From: an uncultured Planctomycetaceae bacterium
Lineage (GTDB): Bacteria; Planctomycetota; Planctomycetia; Isosphaerales; Isosphaeraceae
Direction of reading: 5' to 3'
NCBI GenBank assembly: GCA_963833985.1
Contig: CAWIAD010000002.1
Location: forward strand, 2,208,001 to 2,272,000
DNA length: 64,000 nucleotides
Below, one piece after another: positions 53,713-63,853 of the stretch (position 1 is the stretch's first letter; each line of letters opens with the position of its first letter). A program made the translations under genes and the position numbers. The notes below the pieces were generated by a model. It was not told where the DNA came from and did not search any database. It was given only the letters and a program-made list of their open reading frames with translations.

Positions 53713-55897
53713 ACCTTGACCTTGCGCTTCCAGATGGTCTTTCCGCAGAAGGCAAAGAGCGTATTCATGCCGGGGCCGCCCAGGCAGACTCCGATGGGCC
53801 GGCTGCGCTCGGGAGGAGGCAAGATCACCTGCGTGGGCCCGTCGTCGGCACAGACCTGGATGCCGGAGCGTGTCGCCGCCAGTAGCTGGCCTTCCCGGGC
53901 ATAACAGACCGATGCCACGCCAGCGTCGTCGTCGCCGTCGGCGACGTGGAGCCAGAAGAACCGCTCCTTGTTGTGGAGCGTCCCATCCGCGGCCATCTGG
54001 TAGCTGTACACCCACCGGGAACGCTCATCGGCCACGGATAGCAGCCACTGGTCGGGTCGATAGGCCAGCCCGGCGGCGCGCTTCAAACCGGCGTCGACCA
54101 GGGTCCTCCCGCCGGCTTTCAGGAACCACACCTCACCGGTACTGTCCATTGCGAACCTGTTCGTGGTGACGTAAAGACCGCCGCCGGGCGCGGCCAGGAG
54201 GTGCTCTCCGCTGAGGCCGTCGGCCACCAGGCTTGCCGCGCGGACGCGTCGTATTTCATGACTTTTCCGGTCTGGCTGGAAACGGTGAAGAGCTCACCTG
54301 CCGGGCCAACCGTAAGACCGCTGGCATGACTGGAGTCGGCAATGAACTCGCGGATCGAGCCGTCCAGCCCGATGCGAAAAACCTTGCTGTCGACTTCCTC
54401 GACAAAGAAGACTTCGCCGCGTTCGTTGCAGGCCGGTCCGGTTGCCCCGTGCCGGTTGGCGCGGCCACGCGCCAGGGCTCGCCCGGAAGGATGATGTCAC
54501 GGACCCGCGGGGCACTCGACCCTGCGCTCACCGGCCTCGGCCAGCCTTTCCAGAGAAAGCTCATCGCCTCGCGGTAGAGGTTGTGGTAGCCCGCGCCGTG
54601 GCCTCCGTTCAGGACCCGGAACCGATAATCGTAACCCGAGAATTTCAGCGCCTTGTCCATCTCCTGATCAAGCAGGAACCAGTCCCCGGCGAAGTTTTCC
54701 ATGTCGCGCGTGCCGGTGGTGAGGAACGCGCGGAGGGGCCTTGCCTCGAACTTGCGGACCAGCGTGGGGAATTCATTTCCGCCCCGGAAGGCCACGAAAC
54801 TACCGCTGCAAGCATAAACGCGACTGAACGCATCGGGACGTTCCCAGGCCGCGTTGAAGGCGGCAATCCCGCCACTGCTGCCGCCGGCGATGCAGCGGTC
54901 GTTGCCGCTTGTCGAGAGTTTGAGCCGGAGCGTGTCGGCGACAAAGGGCAGGAGCTCATCGACCAGGAACCGGACGTTGTTGTCGCCCATGCCGTCGTAC
55001 TCGAAGCAGCGGTTGCGGCGGGCGCTGGTCCCCCGGACGGGAGCCTTGAGTTCTCCCGGCGGCACGAACACCGCGATGGTCACGGGCATTTCGCCAGTGG
55101 CGATGAGAGTCTCCAGCAGGGGTTTTTCCGCCGGATCGTATCCGTCGGTCCTGACGTAGACGCAGGCCGGCTGAGCGCCGTCGTACTGGGCCGGGATGAA
55201 GACGGTCACCTCTCGCCGGGTGCCCGGAAAGATCGTGCTGCCGGAGAAGGTGCACCGCTTGAGCTGGCCCTGGCGAATGGCTTCCGGGTGGATGCCTGGT
55301 GCCATGTAGTTTCCACCCGGCGATGCGCCCTCACCCGTGCTGAACGGCCCCGGCGAGCCGGCCAGCGGCTTGATGATCCACTCGAGGTGGGGATCGCCGT
55401 TCTGGTTCCCCCAGAGATCGATGACCGCCCCGGGTTCGGGCCGGCCGCCCAGGTGATCGAGGCCCTTCTCCGGGGCATGTCCGGCAAGCAAGCAGTAGGA
55501 CCCGTTCTCGTTCTTCCGGAGCGTCCACGCCTGCCATGGCCGCGATGAGTCGGCTTCCAGCACGATGGGTGTGCCCATCGTGGTGCCGCCCCGCGCCGCG
55601 GCCAGTACGAGCTTGCCGCCGGAAAATGGCCTGACGGAACAGGAGCCGTCGCCCCTGGGCGTGATGATCCATTTTTGCCTGTCTGATCCATCCGGCTTGC
55701 CGATCGAGACCGGCGTTCCGGCGCTCGCCTCGGGAGCCCTGGCTTCGAGTACGAGCCAGGGGGCGCTCGCGGGGATCAGCGCATACGCGCCCCAGTCCTC
55801 AGCGTACGAGGCATGTGCGCTCACCAGTAAGAATGCGACGGCGAGCAGGGCGGCGCCCCGCCCCGCCCCGGATCGTCAGGATTGATTTGATGTTCAT
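53658..55897 (-). CDS. Secreted ricin-B lectin + esterase + SMP-30/gluconolactonase multidomain protein (frameshifts ~55860, ~54455, ~54240)
   Basis: QKW/QAW/LEW lectin repeats; GGSSGG esterase nucleophile in a Fes-like context; C-terminal beta-propeller (GIQVC..GP...CLGG...LFA). Confidence 0.75.
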
Positions 55898-56648
55898 CAG
55901 GCCATTTCAGCGGCGCGGTCCGGAAGGAATCAGCGGCCTGGACCGCGCGTGGCAAGCCGGCCGTCCGCAAGTGCATGGACTTGCTCGGTGGGGACTGCGA
56001 GGGCATGGAGGCGGGGGTCACGAGGGGCGTGGCGGGGGGCCGGCGCTGGTTCCTGGGGATGTCGCCGCGCAGGAATGCATTGAGCTCGTCGCGGTTGTCG
56101 AGGTCCAGTTCGAACGGAATCCACTTGCCTGTTGATTCGTCGAGCACGGCGGCCCGGGTCTTGCCCTGGAGGTTCATCCGCGGGTCGCACCAGACGAGTC
56201 GGTCTGCCTCGTTGGTGAACCCGTGGCCGTCCCACTGGCCGATCCCCCCGACGGCGTCATGCAGCGCGGTGCGAACCGCGTAAACCGCGTCCAGCGCGTC
56301 GGGATGAGCCAGGATGGCATCGGGATAAATCCGGATCGCGTAGATGGCCCGGGTCGTCTCGAGGTAGTCGCTCAGCCAGCGCACGGCCGATGGCGGGCCC
56401 CCGGAATCCAGGCTATCAATGAATTCTGCAACTTCCTCGGCACCTAAAGTGTTCGGGCCGACTGGGTTGCGTTCAACGGTGGCCCAGAGGTTATGTTGCT
56501 CGTTGGGTTCCGGGCCAATGGCAAGGTAGTTCCCGAGCATCCCGGGGTGATCGACCGACCAGACAGCGCCGAAAGGAACGGCACGCTGGAGCGCAGCCAG
56601 CGGAACATCCCGGTCATTGACGGTCAACAGGCGGAGATAATCACCCAT
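55821..56648 (-). CDS. Hypothetical protein (true 3' end uncertain)
   Basis: GGAG RBS; host-like codon usage over the first ~200 aa; low-complexity tail overlaps the next gene. Confidence 0.6.
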   Translation of the reverse strand: MGDYLRLLTVNDRDVPLAALQRAVPFGAVWSVDHPGMLGNYLAIGPEPNEQHNLWATVERNPVGPNTLGAEEVAEFIDSLDSGGPPSAVRWLSDYLETTRAIYAIRIYPDAILAHPDALDAVYAVRTALHDAVGGIGQWDGHGFTNEADRLVWCDPRMNLQGKTRAAVLDESTGKWIPFELDLDNRDELNAFLRGDIPRNQRRPPATPLVTPASMPSQSPPSKSMHLRTAGLPRAVQAADSFRTAPLKWPDEHQINPDDPGRGGAPPCSPSHSYW

Positions 56649-56928
56649 CGGCCGGCTCCGTCACAAGGTTTCCAAGGACGCGACCGTCCCTCGCATCGGA
56701 AGCATGTTGCGGGAGTGGTTCGGCGGATCTTCTGCCGCCCCGGTTCACGGTCGAGCCATGCGTTCGAAACCCCGTCTGGAGATAGGTTAGCATCGCTCCA
56801 CCGATCACGCAAGGGATGAGGAACACGGGAACATCATGGTCCGCGTCGCACGTCGGGCCCGATCGGCATGGTGTGCCGGCCTGTGCTGGATTTCCTTTGC
56901 CCGCTTCCCATCACGGCCGGGCGCCGGC

Positions 56929-57768
56929 ATGATGAATTCTCTGCACAAGACGACGGTCGAGACTTCCTTGTATGCCTTGCTTCCGAACGCACACGTGAGC
57001 CTCCTCTGCTTTCAGTTACCCTATGAACTCCGCGGCGGGCCAGCCAACATGGCGCTCGACGAGGCCCTCCTCGACCATGCCGCCGGGTCTCCCGGCGCAG
57101 CGCTCCTGCGGACATATGGATGGATCGAGCCGACACTGAGCCTGGGTTACTTCCAGGCGCTGGAAGAGGCGATTGCCCAGCCGCGGTGGCGCGATGTTCC
57201 CGTGGTTCGCCGCCCCACGGGAGGCGGGGCGATCTGGCATGATCGCGAGCTGACCTACGCCCTGGTCCTGCCCGCGGACCATCCTCATGCCAGGCCCAGC
57301 CGGGTGCTCTATCAGTGTGTGCACCTGGCCATTGCGACCGTCTTGCGGGGGCACGGCGTGGACGCCCGGCGCCGGGCCGACACGCAGGTGGATCTGGTCC
57401 AGCCGCGACATCGAAGCACGGGTTCTACCCGGCCGCTTCTCTGCTTCACGGACGGCGATCCGGAGGACCTCATTGTGGACGGCCGCAAGGTCGTTGGCAG
57501 CGCGCAGCGGCGCCGCCAGCAGGCCATCTTGCAACATGGGTCGCTGCTGCTGGAGCAATCCGGACGAACTCCCGAATTGCCGGGGATCGCAGACCTGGCC
57601 GGTGTTTCGCCCGATCCGCGGTTCTGGAACGGGCTGATCCAGGAGGCGATCCTGCGGGCACTCGGCCTGGACGGGGTCATGGAAGAAGTGCCGGGCGTCA
57701 TCCGCCGCAGGGCCAGCGAACTGGAGCATCGGGTCTACGAAACGGCGGAGTGGACCGCACGGCGCTGA
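56929..57768 (+). CDS. Lipoate--protein ligase family (LipM/LplA-like)
   Basis: NMALDEALL, LSLGYFQ, VRRPTGGGAIWH, KVVGSAQ, LQHGS; start uncertain (56929 or 56995). Confidence 0.9.
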   Translation: MMNSLHKTTVETSLYALLPNAHVSLLCFQLPYELRGGPANMALDEALLDHAAGSPGAALLRTYGWIEPTLSLGYFQALEEAIAQPRWRDVPVVRRPTGGGAIWHDRELTYALVLPADHPHARPSRVLYQCVHLAIATVLRGHGVDARRRADTQVDLVQPRHRSTGSTRPLLCFTDGDPEDLIVDGRKVVGSAQRRRQQAILQHGSLLLEQSGRTPELPGIADLAGVSPDPRFWNGLIQEAILRALGLDGVMEEVPGVIRRRASELEHRVYETAEWTARR

Positions 57769-58248
57769 TCTGCCTTGGGTGCGTGCACGTGCTCAGTACT
57801 GTTCAGTACAATCGGCCTCCCAGCCGCTCTGTTCCGAAAATCCAACGCGCGCAACTCTCCCAGGGATCTTGGAACGCCGAAACATTCAGTTACAATGGAA
57901 CCGACGCCTGGGCGGAAACTCTGTCCAGAGCACTTCGTTTGGGTGAGGCGGACGATACACCTCCAGTGGTCGGTACGGAACGGCCCGTGAAGAAACGCGG
58001 AGCGCCTGGTCATCTCGCATGCAGGCGGGGTGATGGAAACGGCATGGGAACCGGAAAGAATGGATGGTACAGGCAGACCCGCGTCGAACTGTTCCGGGAC
58101 CTTGGTGGTGGTCCCCGCGCCGGGGCTATGAGACGTTGGGGCACGTCCGGGTCTCGTCGTGCGGGCTGCTGTTCGGTGAGTGGATACCGTGTTGCGAATT
58201 GACGCTGGCCATCATCGTTGTTGACCGCACAAGGTCGGGACGGTTTTC

Positions 58249-59109
58249 ATGAAAGTCCAGTTGATTGTCGTCCGAGGGAAGCCCGAGGGGAAGGTGATCC
58301 CCCTGGCTGGCCCCAAGTTCAAGATCGGCCGCGGTGAAACGTGCCACCTCCGGCCGAACAGCGAGCAGGTCAGCCGGGAGCATGCGGAATTCACCGTGGA
58401 AGGCAGCGCCTTGATCGTGCGCGATCTGGGTAGCCGCAACGGCACCCTGGTCAATGGCAAGGCGCTCACCACGGACGCGTGCGCTCTCAAGGACCGCGAC
58501 CTTGTCCAGGTGGGTCCGCTGACGTTCGCCGTCTCCATTCAGGATGCTCCCCAAACCGCCGCCAAGCCCGCCACCGCACCCGCGGGCCCGGCGGCCGCGC
58601 CGGCACTAGCACAGCCCAAGGCCAAGGCATCGCCGGATGACGTCCCCGCCGAGGACATCGACTCCTGGCTCTTCGGCGACAACTCCAGCGCATCCGCCGA
58701 CCAACCGACCGCCGTGTACGGCGGCGACACGATCACCATCACCGCCTTCAAGGATTCCCAGTCGCCCCGGCCCCAGCCGGCCAAACCTCCCTCGGTGGCC
58801 GATGACACCGAGTATGAGCGCCAGCCCGAGCAAGAGGAGATGGAAGCTGAGGAGGAACTGGACGACGAAGCCGGCAACGACGAGCAGAACGACGAGGAGG
58901 CCGAGGACGAGGCGGAGGAGGAGCCTCAGATCGAAGAAGAACTGATGGATCCGAATAACCCGTTCTATGTCGCCAAGAAAGCCCAGAAAGATCAGGGCAA
59001 GGCCGGGACTGGCGGCGGATCGCACAAGCAGGAATTCAAGGACAGCAGCGATGCGGCCAACGACATCCTCCGCAAGCTGATGGAGCGCCGGCGGGCGTCC
59101 AAGTCGTAA
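58249..59109 (+). CDS. FHA domain protein with acidic disordered C-terminus
   Basis: IGR, VSREHA, DLGSRNGTLVNG. Confidence 0.9.
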   Translation: MKVQLIVVRGKPEGKVIPLAGPKFKIGRGETCHLRPNSEQVSREHAEFTVEGSALIVRDLGSRNGTLVNGKALTTDACALKDRDLVQVGPLTFAVSIQDAPQTAAKPATAPAGPAAAPALAQPKAKASPDDVPAEDIDSWLFGDNSSASADQPTAVYGGDTITITAFKDSQSPRPQPAKPPSVADDTEYERQPEQEEMEAEEELDDEAGNDEQNDEEAEDEAEEEPQIEEELMDPNNPFYVAKKAQKDQGKAGTGGGSHKQEFKDSSDAANDILRKLMERRRASKS

Positions 59110-59152
59110 TGGCCATGGGACAGACACAGGGCCGCGAGGGATCCGCTCTTTC

Positions 59153-60166
59153 ATGACCACCGACGATCCCTCGCTGGCTCACTCGCCCATCGAGTCCGCC
59201 CAGGCAGGACTGAACGGTCTGATCGAGCGGCTCGAACATCTGGTCGTAGGCCAGCGAACCCTGCTCGACCGCCTTCTCATCGCGCTTCTGGCCGGGGGCC
59301 ACGTCCTCATCGAAGGCGTTCCAGGCCTGGCCAAGACCCGCGCCGTGCGGGCCCTGGCCCAGGCGCTCGACCTGCCATTCCGGCGCATTCAGTTCACTCC
59401 CGACCTGCTACCCGCCGACCTGACCGGCACCCAGATCTACCGCCCGGCCACCGGTGCGTTCGACGTGCGTCCCGGCCCCATCGTCACCAGCGTGCTCCTG
59501 GCCGACGAGATCAACCGGGCCCCCGCGAAGGTTCAAAGCGCACTCCTGGAGGCCATGCAGGAAGGGCAAATCACAGTGGGCGACGAGACGCTCGTCCTGC
59601 CCGAGACCTTCTGGGTCCTGGCCACCCAGAACCCCATCGAGCACGAAGGCACGTATCCCTTGCCCGAGGCCCAGCTCGACCGGTTCCTGATGAAGCTCGT
59701 CGTCGGCTATCCCGACCGGGACTCGGAGCTGGCCATGCTCGAGATTCCCAGCGTGGCGGAAAACTGCCGCCAAAGCGAATCCTGGACCGGAGATGAGCCC
59801 CCCCTCTTCACACCGGCGGACGTCATGGCCTTCCGCAAGCTGACCGCTTCCATCCGGGTGGCACCGGCGATCAAGGCCTACGTCGTGGACCTCGTCCGCG
59901 CGACGCGTGACCCGACCGCCTACGGTCTGGGGCTGGCTCCCCTGCTCGAGCTCGGCGCCAGTCCTCGCGCCACCATCGCACTGATACGCGCTGCACGCGG
60001 CCACGCGCTGCTGGCCGGCCGCGACTATGTCACTCCGCACGACGTCAAGTCCCTCGCCCGCGACATCATGCGGCATCGCATCCTGATCAGCTACGAGGCC
60101 GACGCCGAGGGGCTCTCCGCGGACGATATCCTGGGCCGCATCCTCGACCACATCCCCGTGCCTTGA
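59153..60166 (+). CDS. MoxR family AAA+ ATPase
   Basis: GVPGLAKT, RIQFTPDLLPAD, LADEINRAPAKVQSALLEAM, ATQNPIEHEGTYPLPEAQLDRF. Confidence 0.93.
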   Translation: MTTDDPSLAHSPIESAQAGLNGLIERLEHLVVGQRTLLDRLLIALLAGGHVLIEGVPGLAKTRAVRALAQALDLPFRRIQFTPDLLPADLTGTQIYRPATGAFDVRPGPIVTSVLLADEINRAPAKVQSALLEAMQEGQITVGDETLVLPETFWVLATQNPIEHEGTYPLPEAQLDRFLMKLVVGYPDRDSELAMLEIPSVAENCRQSESWTGDEPPLFTPADVMAFRKLTASIRVAPAIKAYVVDLVRATRDPTAYGLGLAPLLELGASPRATIALIRAARGHALLAGRDYVTPHDVKSLARDIMRHRILISYEADAEGLSADDILGRILDHIPVP

Positions 60167-60210
60167 GACCGAGCCTGACGGGTCGTATCGCGGGACCCGG
60201 AGCTCGAGGT

Positions 60211-61071
60211 TCAGGAATTTTCTTGCGGGCTCAGGGGCTCGCCCTGGCCGGGCGTGTCCGCGTACAAACCCTGGGGCTGACGCGAAAGCCAGAACCAGTA
60301 GAGAAACCCGCACGCCAGCAGCGCCAGGCTCACGTTCTGCGAGATGGTCATCCCGGCGTAGAAGACTCCCTCATCGTTGCGGAGGTACTCGATGAGGAAC
60401 CGCGTGACCGGGTAGGTGACCATCAACAGCCCCATCACCTCGCCGTCGCGCCTGCGGAGTGGGTAGAACGCCTGGAGCAGCACCAGGATCACCAGGGAGT
60501 CGAGCGCGGAATAAATCTGGGTCGGATGCAGGGGAAGAGACCCGGCGGCAGCCTTCTCGATCAAACCGCGGCTGACCTCGTAATCCCAGGGAGGGCTCGC
60601 CACGGGGAATGACACCGACCAGGGAAGGTCGCAGACGTCACCGTAGCAGCAGCCGTTCAAGAAGCAGCCAAGCCGGCCGAAGAACGTCCCGACCATGATC
60701 GCCGGCGCTTGCGCATCGAGATAAGGGCGAAGCGGAAACGGTCGGAATCTGCGGTAAACAAAAAAGGCGATTGTGCCCCCCAGGATTCCGCCATAGTAAA
60801 CAATGCCGCCCTTCCAGTACTGGACGACATCGAGCACGCTGTGGATACCGTGTCCCCAGTACTGGATGCAATAGAAGAGCCGGGCGCCAACGAGGCCGCA
60901 GAAGAAGACCCAGAACGCCATATCGAGGATCACTTCGGGGTTCAGCCGTTCACGGCGAGCGCGCCAGGTTGCCAGCCAGGTGGAGCCCACGAACGCGAGC
61001 ACGAGCATGGCACCATAACCGAAGACCTTGACGCCACCGAAGATCGGAATGGTGAAGAGGACTTGCCGCAT
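60211..61071 (-). CDS. lgt: Prolipoprotein diacylglyceryl transferase
   Basis: GYG, VGARLFY, GGIVYYGG, GRLGCFLNGCCYG, HPTQIY, RFLIEYLR. Confidence 0.92.
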   Translation of the reverse strand: MRQVLFTIPIFGGVKVFGYGAMLVLAFVGSTWLATWRARRERLNPEVILDMAFWVFFCGLVGARLFYCIQYWGHGIHSVLDVVQYWKGGIVYYGGILGGTIAFFVYRRFRPFPLRPYLDAQAPAIMVGTFFGRLGCFLNGCCYGDVCDLPWSVSFPVASPPWDYEVSRGLIEKAAAGSLPLHPTQIYSALDSLVILVLLQAFYPLRRRDGEVMGLLMVTYPVTRFLIEYLRNDEGVFYAGMTISQNVSLALLACGFLYWFWLSRQPQGLYADTPGQGEPLSPQENS

Positions 61072-61141
61072 GCAGGATGGGCCTCCGATTGAGGAAGGTC
61101 GATTCGCGGCTCGATTCCAGGGCGTTCCCGGCCCGGCCGAG

Positions 61142-61558
61142 TCAGCGCGATTCGAGCACGGAGAAGAACCCTGGCTCGCACGCCTGGGCGATGGGCGGGT
61201 AGTCGATCTGCTGCACGATGTGGTTGTGCTGATCGAGTGCCACGACCCGGGGGTGATGGCTTTCCACTTCCATTGGCTCCAGCTCGGCGAAGGCCATGAC
61301 GATGACGCGGTCACCCACGGCGCCAAGCCGCGCCATGGCGCCGTTGAGCTCGATCGAGCCGGAGCCGCGCCGCCCCGGCAGCACATACGTCTGTGCACGC
61401 AGGCCCGTGGCCACGTTGCTGACCAGGATCGCTTCGTAGGCGACCAGCCCCACGGCATCCATGAGGTTCGGGTCGATGGTCAAGCTGCCGTGATAATTGA
61501 GGTCGCTCCGGGTCACCGTGGCAAGATGGAGCTTGCTTTTGAGCAAAGTGATCCGCAT
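61142..61558 (-). CDS. panD: Aspartate 1-decarboxylase
   Basis: LKSKLHLATVT..LNYHGSLTID (G-S self-cleavage site), TY, LNGA.AR. Confidence 0.95.
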   Translation of the reverse strand: MRITLLKSKLHLATVTRSDLNYHGSLTIDPNLMDAVGLVAYEAILVSNVATGLRAQTYVLPGRRGSGSIELNGAMARLGAVGDRVIVMAFAELEPMEVESHHPRVVALDQHNHIVQQIDYPPIAQACEPGFFSVLESR

Positions 61559-61571
61559 GTGCGTGACCGTT

Positions 61572-62429
61572 TCACTCCAGGAGGAGCAGATTGTCGATCA
61601 GCCGGGTTGAACCGACCCGCGCCGCCACCAGTGCCACGACCCGGCACGCTGGCTCGATGAGGTCGAGGGGCTCGAGCGAATCGGCATCGGCGACCTCGAC
61701 GTAGTCCACCTCGACCGACCCGCACAATAATATCGTTTCGTCAAGGACTTGTCGAACCCGATTGGCCCTGCGTTCACCCTGGAGAACCAGCTCGCGGCCG
61801 CGGCAGAGGGCCCGGTAGAGCACGCCGGCCGACTGCCGCTGGGCCGGGGTGAGGTAGCGGTTCCGGCTGCTCATGGCCAGACCGTCGGCTTCGCGCACCG
61901 TGGGCGCCGTGATGATCTCCACGGGCACATGCAGGTCGCCGACCATCCTACGGATGAGCAATTGCTGCTGGAAATCTTTCTGGCCAAAGATGGCAATGTC
62001 GGGACGGACGATCTCGAAGAGTGCCAGCACCACGGTGGCCACGCCCCGGAAGTGAACCGGCCGGCTGGCTCCCTCGAGCACATGGGAAAGTCCGGGCACC
62101 TCCACGAAGGTGGCCGCGCGGCCGCGCGGATAGACCGTGGTCTCCGCTGGCACGAACACGAGGTCCGCGCCGGCGGCCTGGCACTTTTGCAGATCCTCGG
62201 CGAGCGTTCGGGGATAGCGCGCCAGGTCCTCGCTGGGACCGAACTGCGTGGGATTGACGAAGATGGACACGACCACCAGTCCGGCCTCGGCGCGGCACCG
62301 CTCGATGAGGCGGACATGCCCGTCGTGGAGGGCCCCCATTGTCGGAACCAGGCCGATCCGCTGGCCCCCCTGACGAGCCTCCGCCACGGCACCTCGAACG
62401 GCATCGATCGAACTGATCGGTCCTAGCAC
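61572..62429 (-). CDS. panC: Pantoate--beta-alanine ligase
   Basis: VPTMGALHDGH, SIFVNPTQF, RPVHFRGV, FGQKDFQQ, READGLAMSSRN, RLIDN. Confidence 0.95.
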   Translation of the reverse strand: MLGPISSIDAVRGAVAEARQGGQRIGLVPTMGALHDGHVRLIERCRAEAGLVVVSIFVNPTQFGPSEDLARYPRTLAEDLQKCQAAGADLVFVPAETTVYPRGRAATFVEVPGLSHVLEGASRPVHFRGVATVVLALFEIVRPDIAIFGQKDFQQQLLIRRMVGDLHVPVEIITAPTVREADGLAMSSRNRYLTPAQRQSAGVLYRALCRGRELVLQGERRANRVRQVLDETILLCGSVEVDYVEVADADSLEPLDLIEPACRVVALVAARVGSTRLIDNLLLLE

Positions 62430-62604
62430 CCGTTCCCCCTCCGTGAGTGATTTCCGTGGCGCACGCAACATAACAGACTTTCGCGATCCTCGAAACGCAT
62501 GTTGCTTGAGCACCGAAATAGCTGCCTCATCGCGCTGTCCTTCTCATCCGTCCTGTATTCCGCATGTCCTGGCTTACCCGTCAAGTTCCGCGTCCCAGAC
62601 GCCG

Positions 62605-62859
62605 TCACCAGTTTTCAGCCGGAACAGGGTGAACAAATTGCGGCGCTGGCCAGACTCCGTATTCCTTCAACGATCCCAGACGAGTACGGGCGCTCATGTC
62701 ATCACTGCGCCTCTCATCTCTCCGCGAGTACGATAGCAGGGTCCCACACTGCGGACACGGAGCATCACCGCTCACATGAGACGGCTCAATAATTGAACTG
62801 AAGCCACAGACAGGGCAGCGATTGGGAAGATCCTCTGGAGTCCTTGAGGAGATGACCAT
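62605..62859 (-). CDS. Small Zn-ribbon protein (SSRTPE..CPVC..CPQC type)
   Basis: MVISSRTPEDLPNRCPVCG...DAPCPQCGTLL. Confidence 0.55.
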   Translation of the reverse strand: MVISSRTPEDLPNRCPVCGFSSIIEPSHVSGDAPCPQCGTLLSYSRRDERRSDDMSARTRLGSLKEYGVWPAPQFVHPVPAENW

Positions 62860-62899
62860 TGGCGTCTCGACTGGAGGTAATGGCCTGGAAACTTCTGCG

Positions 62900-63060
62900 G
62901 CACGCCGCGGTTTCTTTCGACTTCTTGACTTCAAGCCATGGCCGTAGGTCGTGAAGCCGTCCTCCAGCGCCGTGCGCGGCCCGGCGCGACTGGTATGGCT
63001 CCGTTGCGGCGACTCCTGATACTTCACCCACCGGAACACCGGCTCGATCTCGTTGAGTCG
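62900..63060 (-). mobile_element. Probable IS630-family transposase C-terminal remnant
   Basis: LNEIEPVFRWVKYQE resembles the (SP)ELNxIE..W/F..K third-acid DDE motif; no start codon or upstream part. Confidence 0.45.
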
Positions 63061-63075
63061 CGTTTCCAGTGCGGC

Positions 63076-63501
63076 TCACTCGCGAAACGGCTCAAACCCG
63101 ATCGCAATCCTGCCTCCCAACGCATGAGCAACCCTGGCCAGTGTTCTTACCGTGGGGTTCGGGTTGGCACCACGTTCGAGCTTGGCCAGCGCGCTGCCCT
63201 CGACCCCTGAAGATCGGGCCGCGTCGTCGAGCGACAGCCCCAACGCTTCACGACGGACCCTCAACTCACGTCCAACCCGCGCCAGGTCAACACCCACCGA
63301 TTGGGCGGTCAGGATTCGATGGAAGGTTCCGTCGGCGGTTGTGATGCCGCCCGTCTTTTCAACTTCGGTCTCGATCGCATCAACCGCTTTGGACTGTCGG
63401 GCTCGAGCTTCCGCCGTCCGATGCTTGGCCATCAGTGCTTCGGCTTTGGCTCGACGCTCCGGCGTCATTCCTTCCAGCTGCTCTCGCGTTCTGGGATGCA
63501 T
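63076..63501 (-). CDS. XRE-family HTH protein, probable antitoxin
   Basis: GAGGAG RBS; LRVRREALGLSLDDAARSSGV..SALAKLERG.NPNPTVRTLARVAHALG. Confidence 0.85.
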   Translation of the reverse strand: MHPRTREQLEGMTPERRAKAEALMAKHRTAEARARQSKAVDAIETEVEKTGGITTADGTFHRILTAQSVGVDLARVGRELRVRREALGLSLDDAARSSGVEGSALAKLERGANPNPTVRTLARVAHALGGRIAIGFEPFRE

Positions 63502-63530
63502 GGCGATCGCTCTCCTCATTCGTCGGATTC

Positions 63531-63788
63531 TTAGGCGGATACGTGGCGCACGTAAATGAAGTCGTCGGACTCGTCGAGTTGGAACACAATCCGCAGATTC
63601 CGGCCCGAGTTCGTCTTGCCGACGCACGTCATGTTCTCCGGGTGCGACCGGCTCGTCTGTATATTGCGACGAGCGACCGTGGTCAAAACCTGTTCAAACT
63701 CCTTTGGCGTCACCCCGTTATGGCCGACGTGGCGGGTATTACTCCGCGAGTCTCCGTCGTTCTCCCAATCACAGAGATCGAAGTGCAT
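63531..63788 (-). CDS. BrnT/RelE-fold-like toxin, possibly truncated by a few residues
   Basis: DW...N.RHV.HNGVT..EFEQV...G.T.SGR.L.IVF; lies directly upstream of the HTH gene. Confidence 0.65.
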   Translation of the reverse strand: MHFDLCDWENDGDSRSNTRHVGHNGVTPKEFEQVLTTVARRNIQTSRSHPENMTCVGKTNSGRNLRIVFQLDESDDFIYVRHVSA

Positions 63789-63816
63789 CGCGACGCCTCG
63801 CCCACGTTGTTCACCA

Positions 63817-63853
63817 TTGGCAATATAATACCAACACCAACATCGACGCCTCA
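63817..63853 (-). promoter_or_regulatory. Candidate sigma-70 promoter with overlapping imperfect palindrome (TA autoregulation)
   Basis: Minus strand TTGAGG-N18-TATTAT; palindrome TTGGcaatataataCCAA at 63817-63834. Confidence 0.4.
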
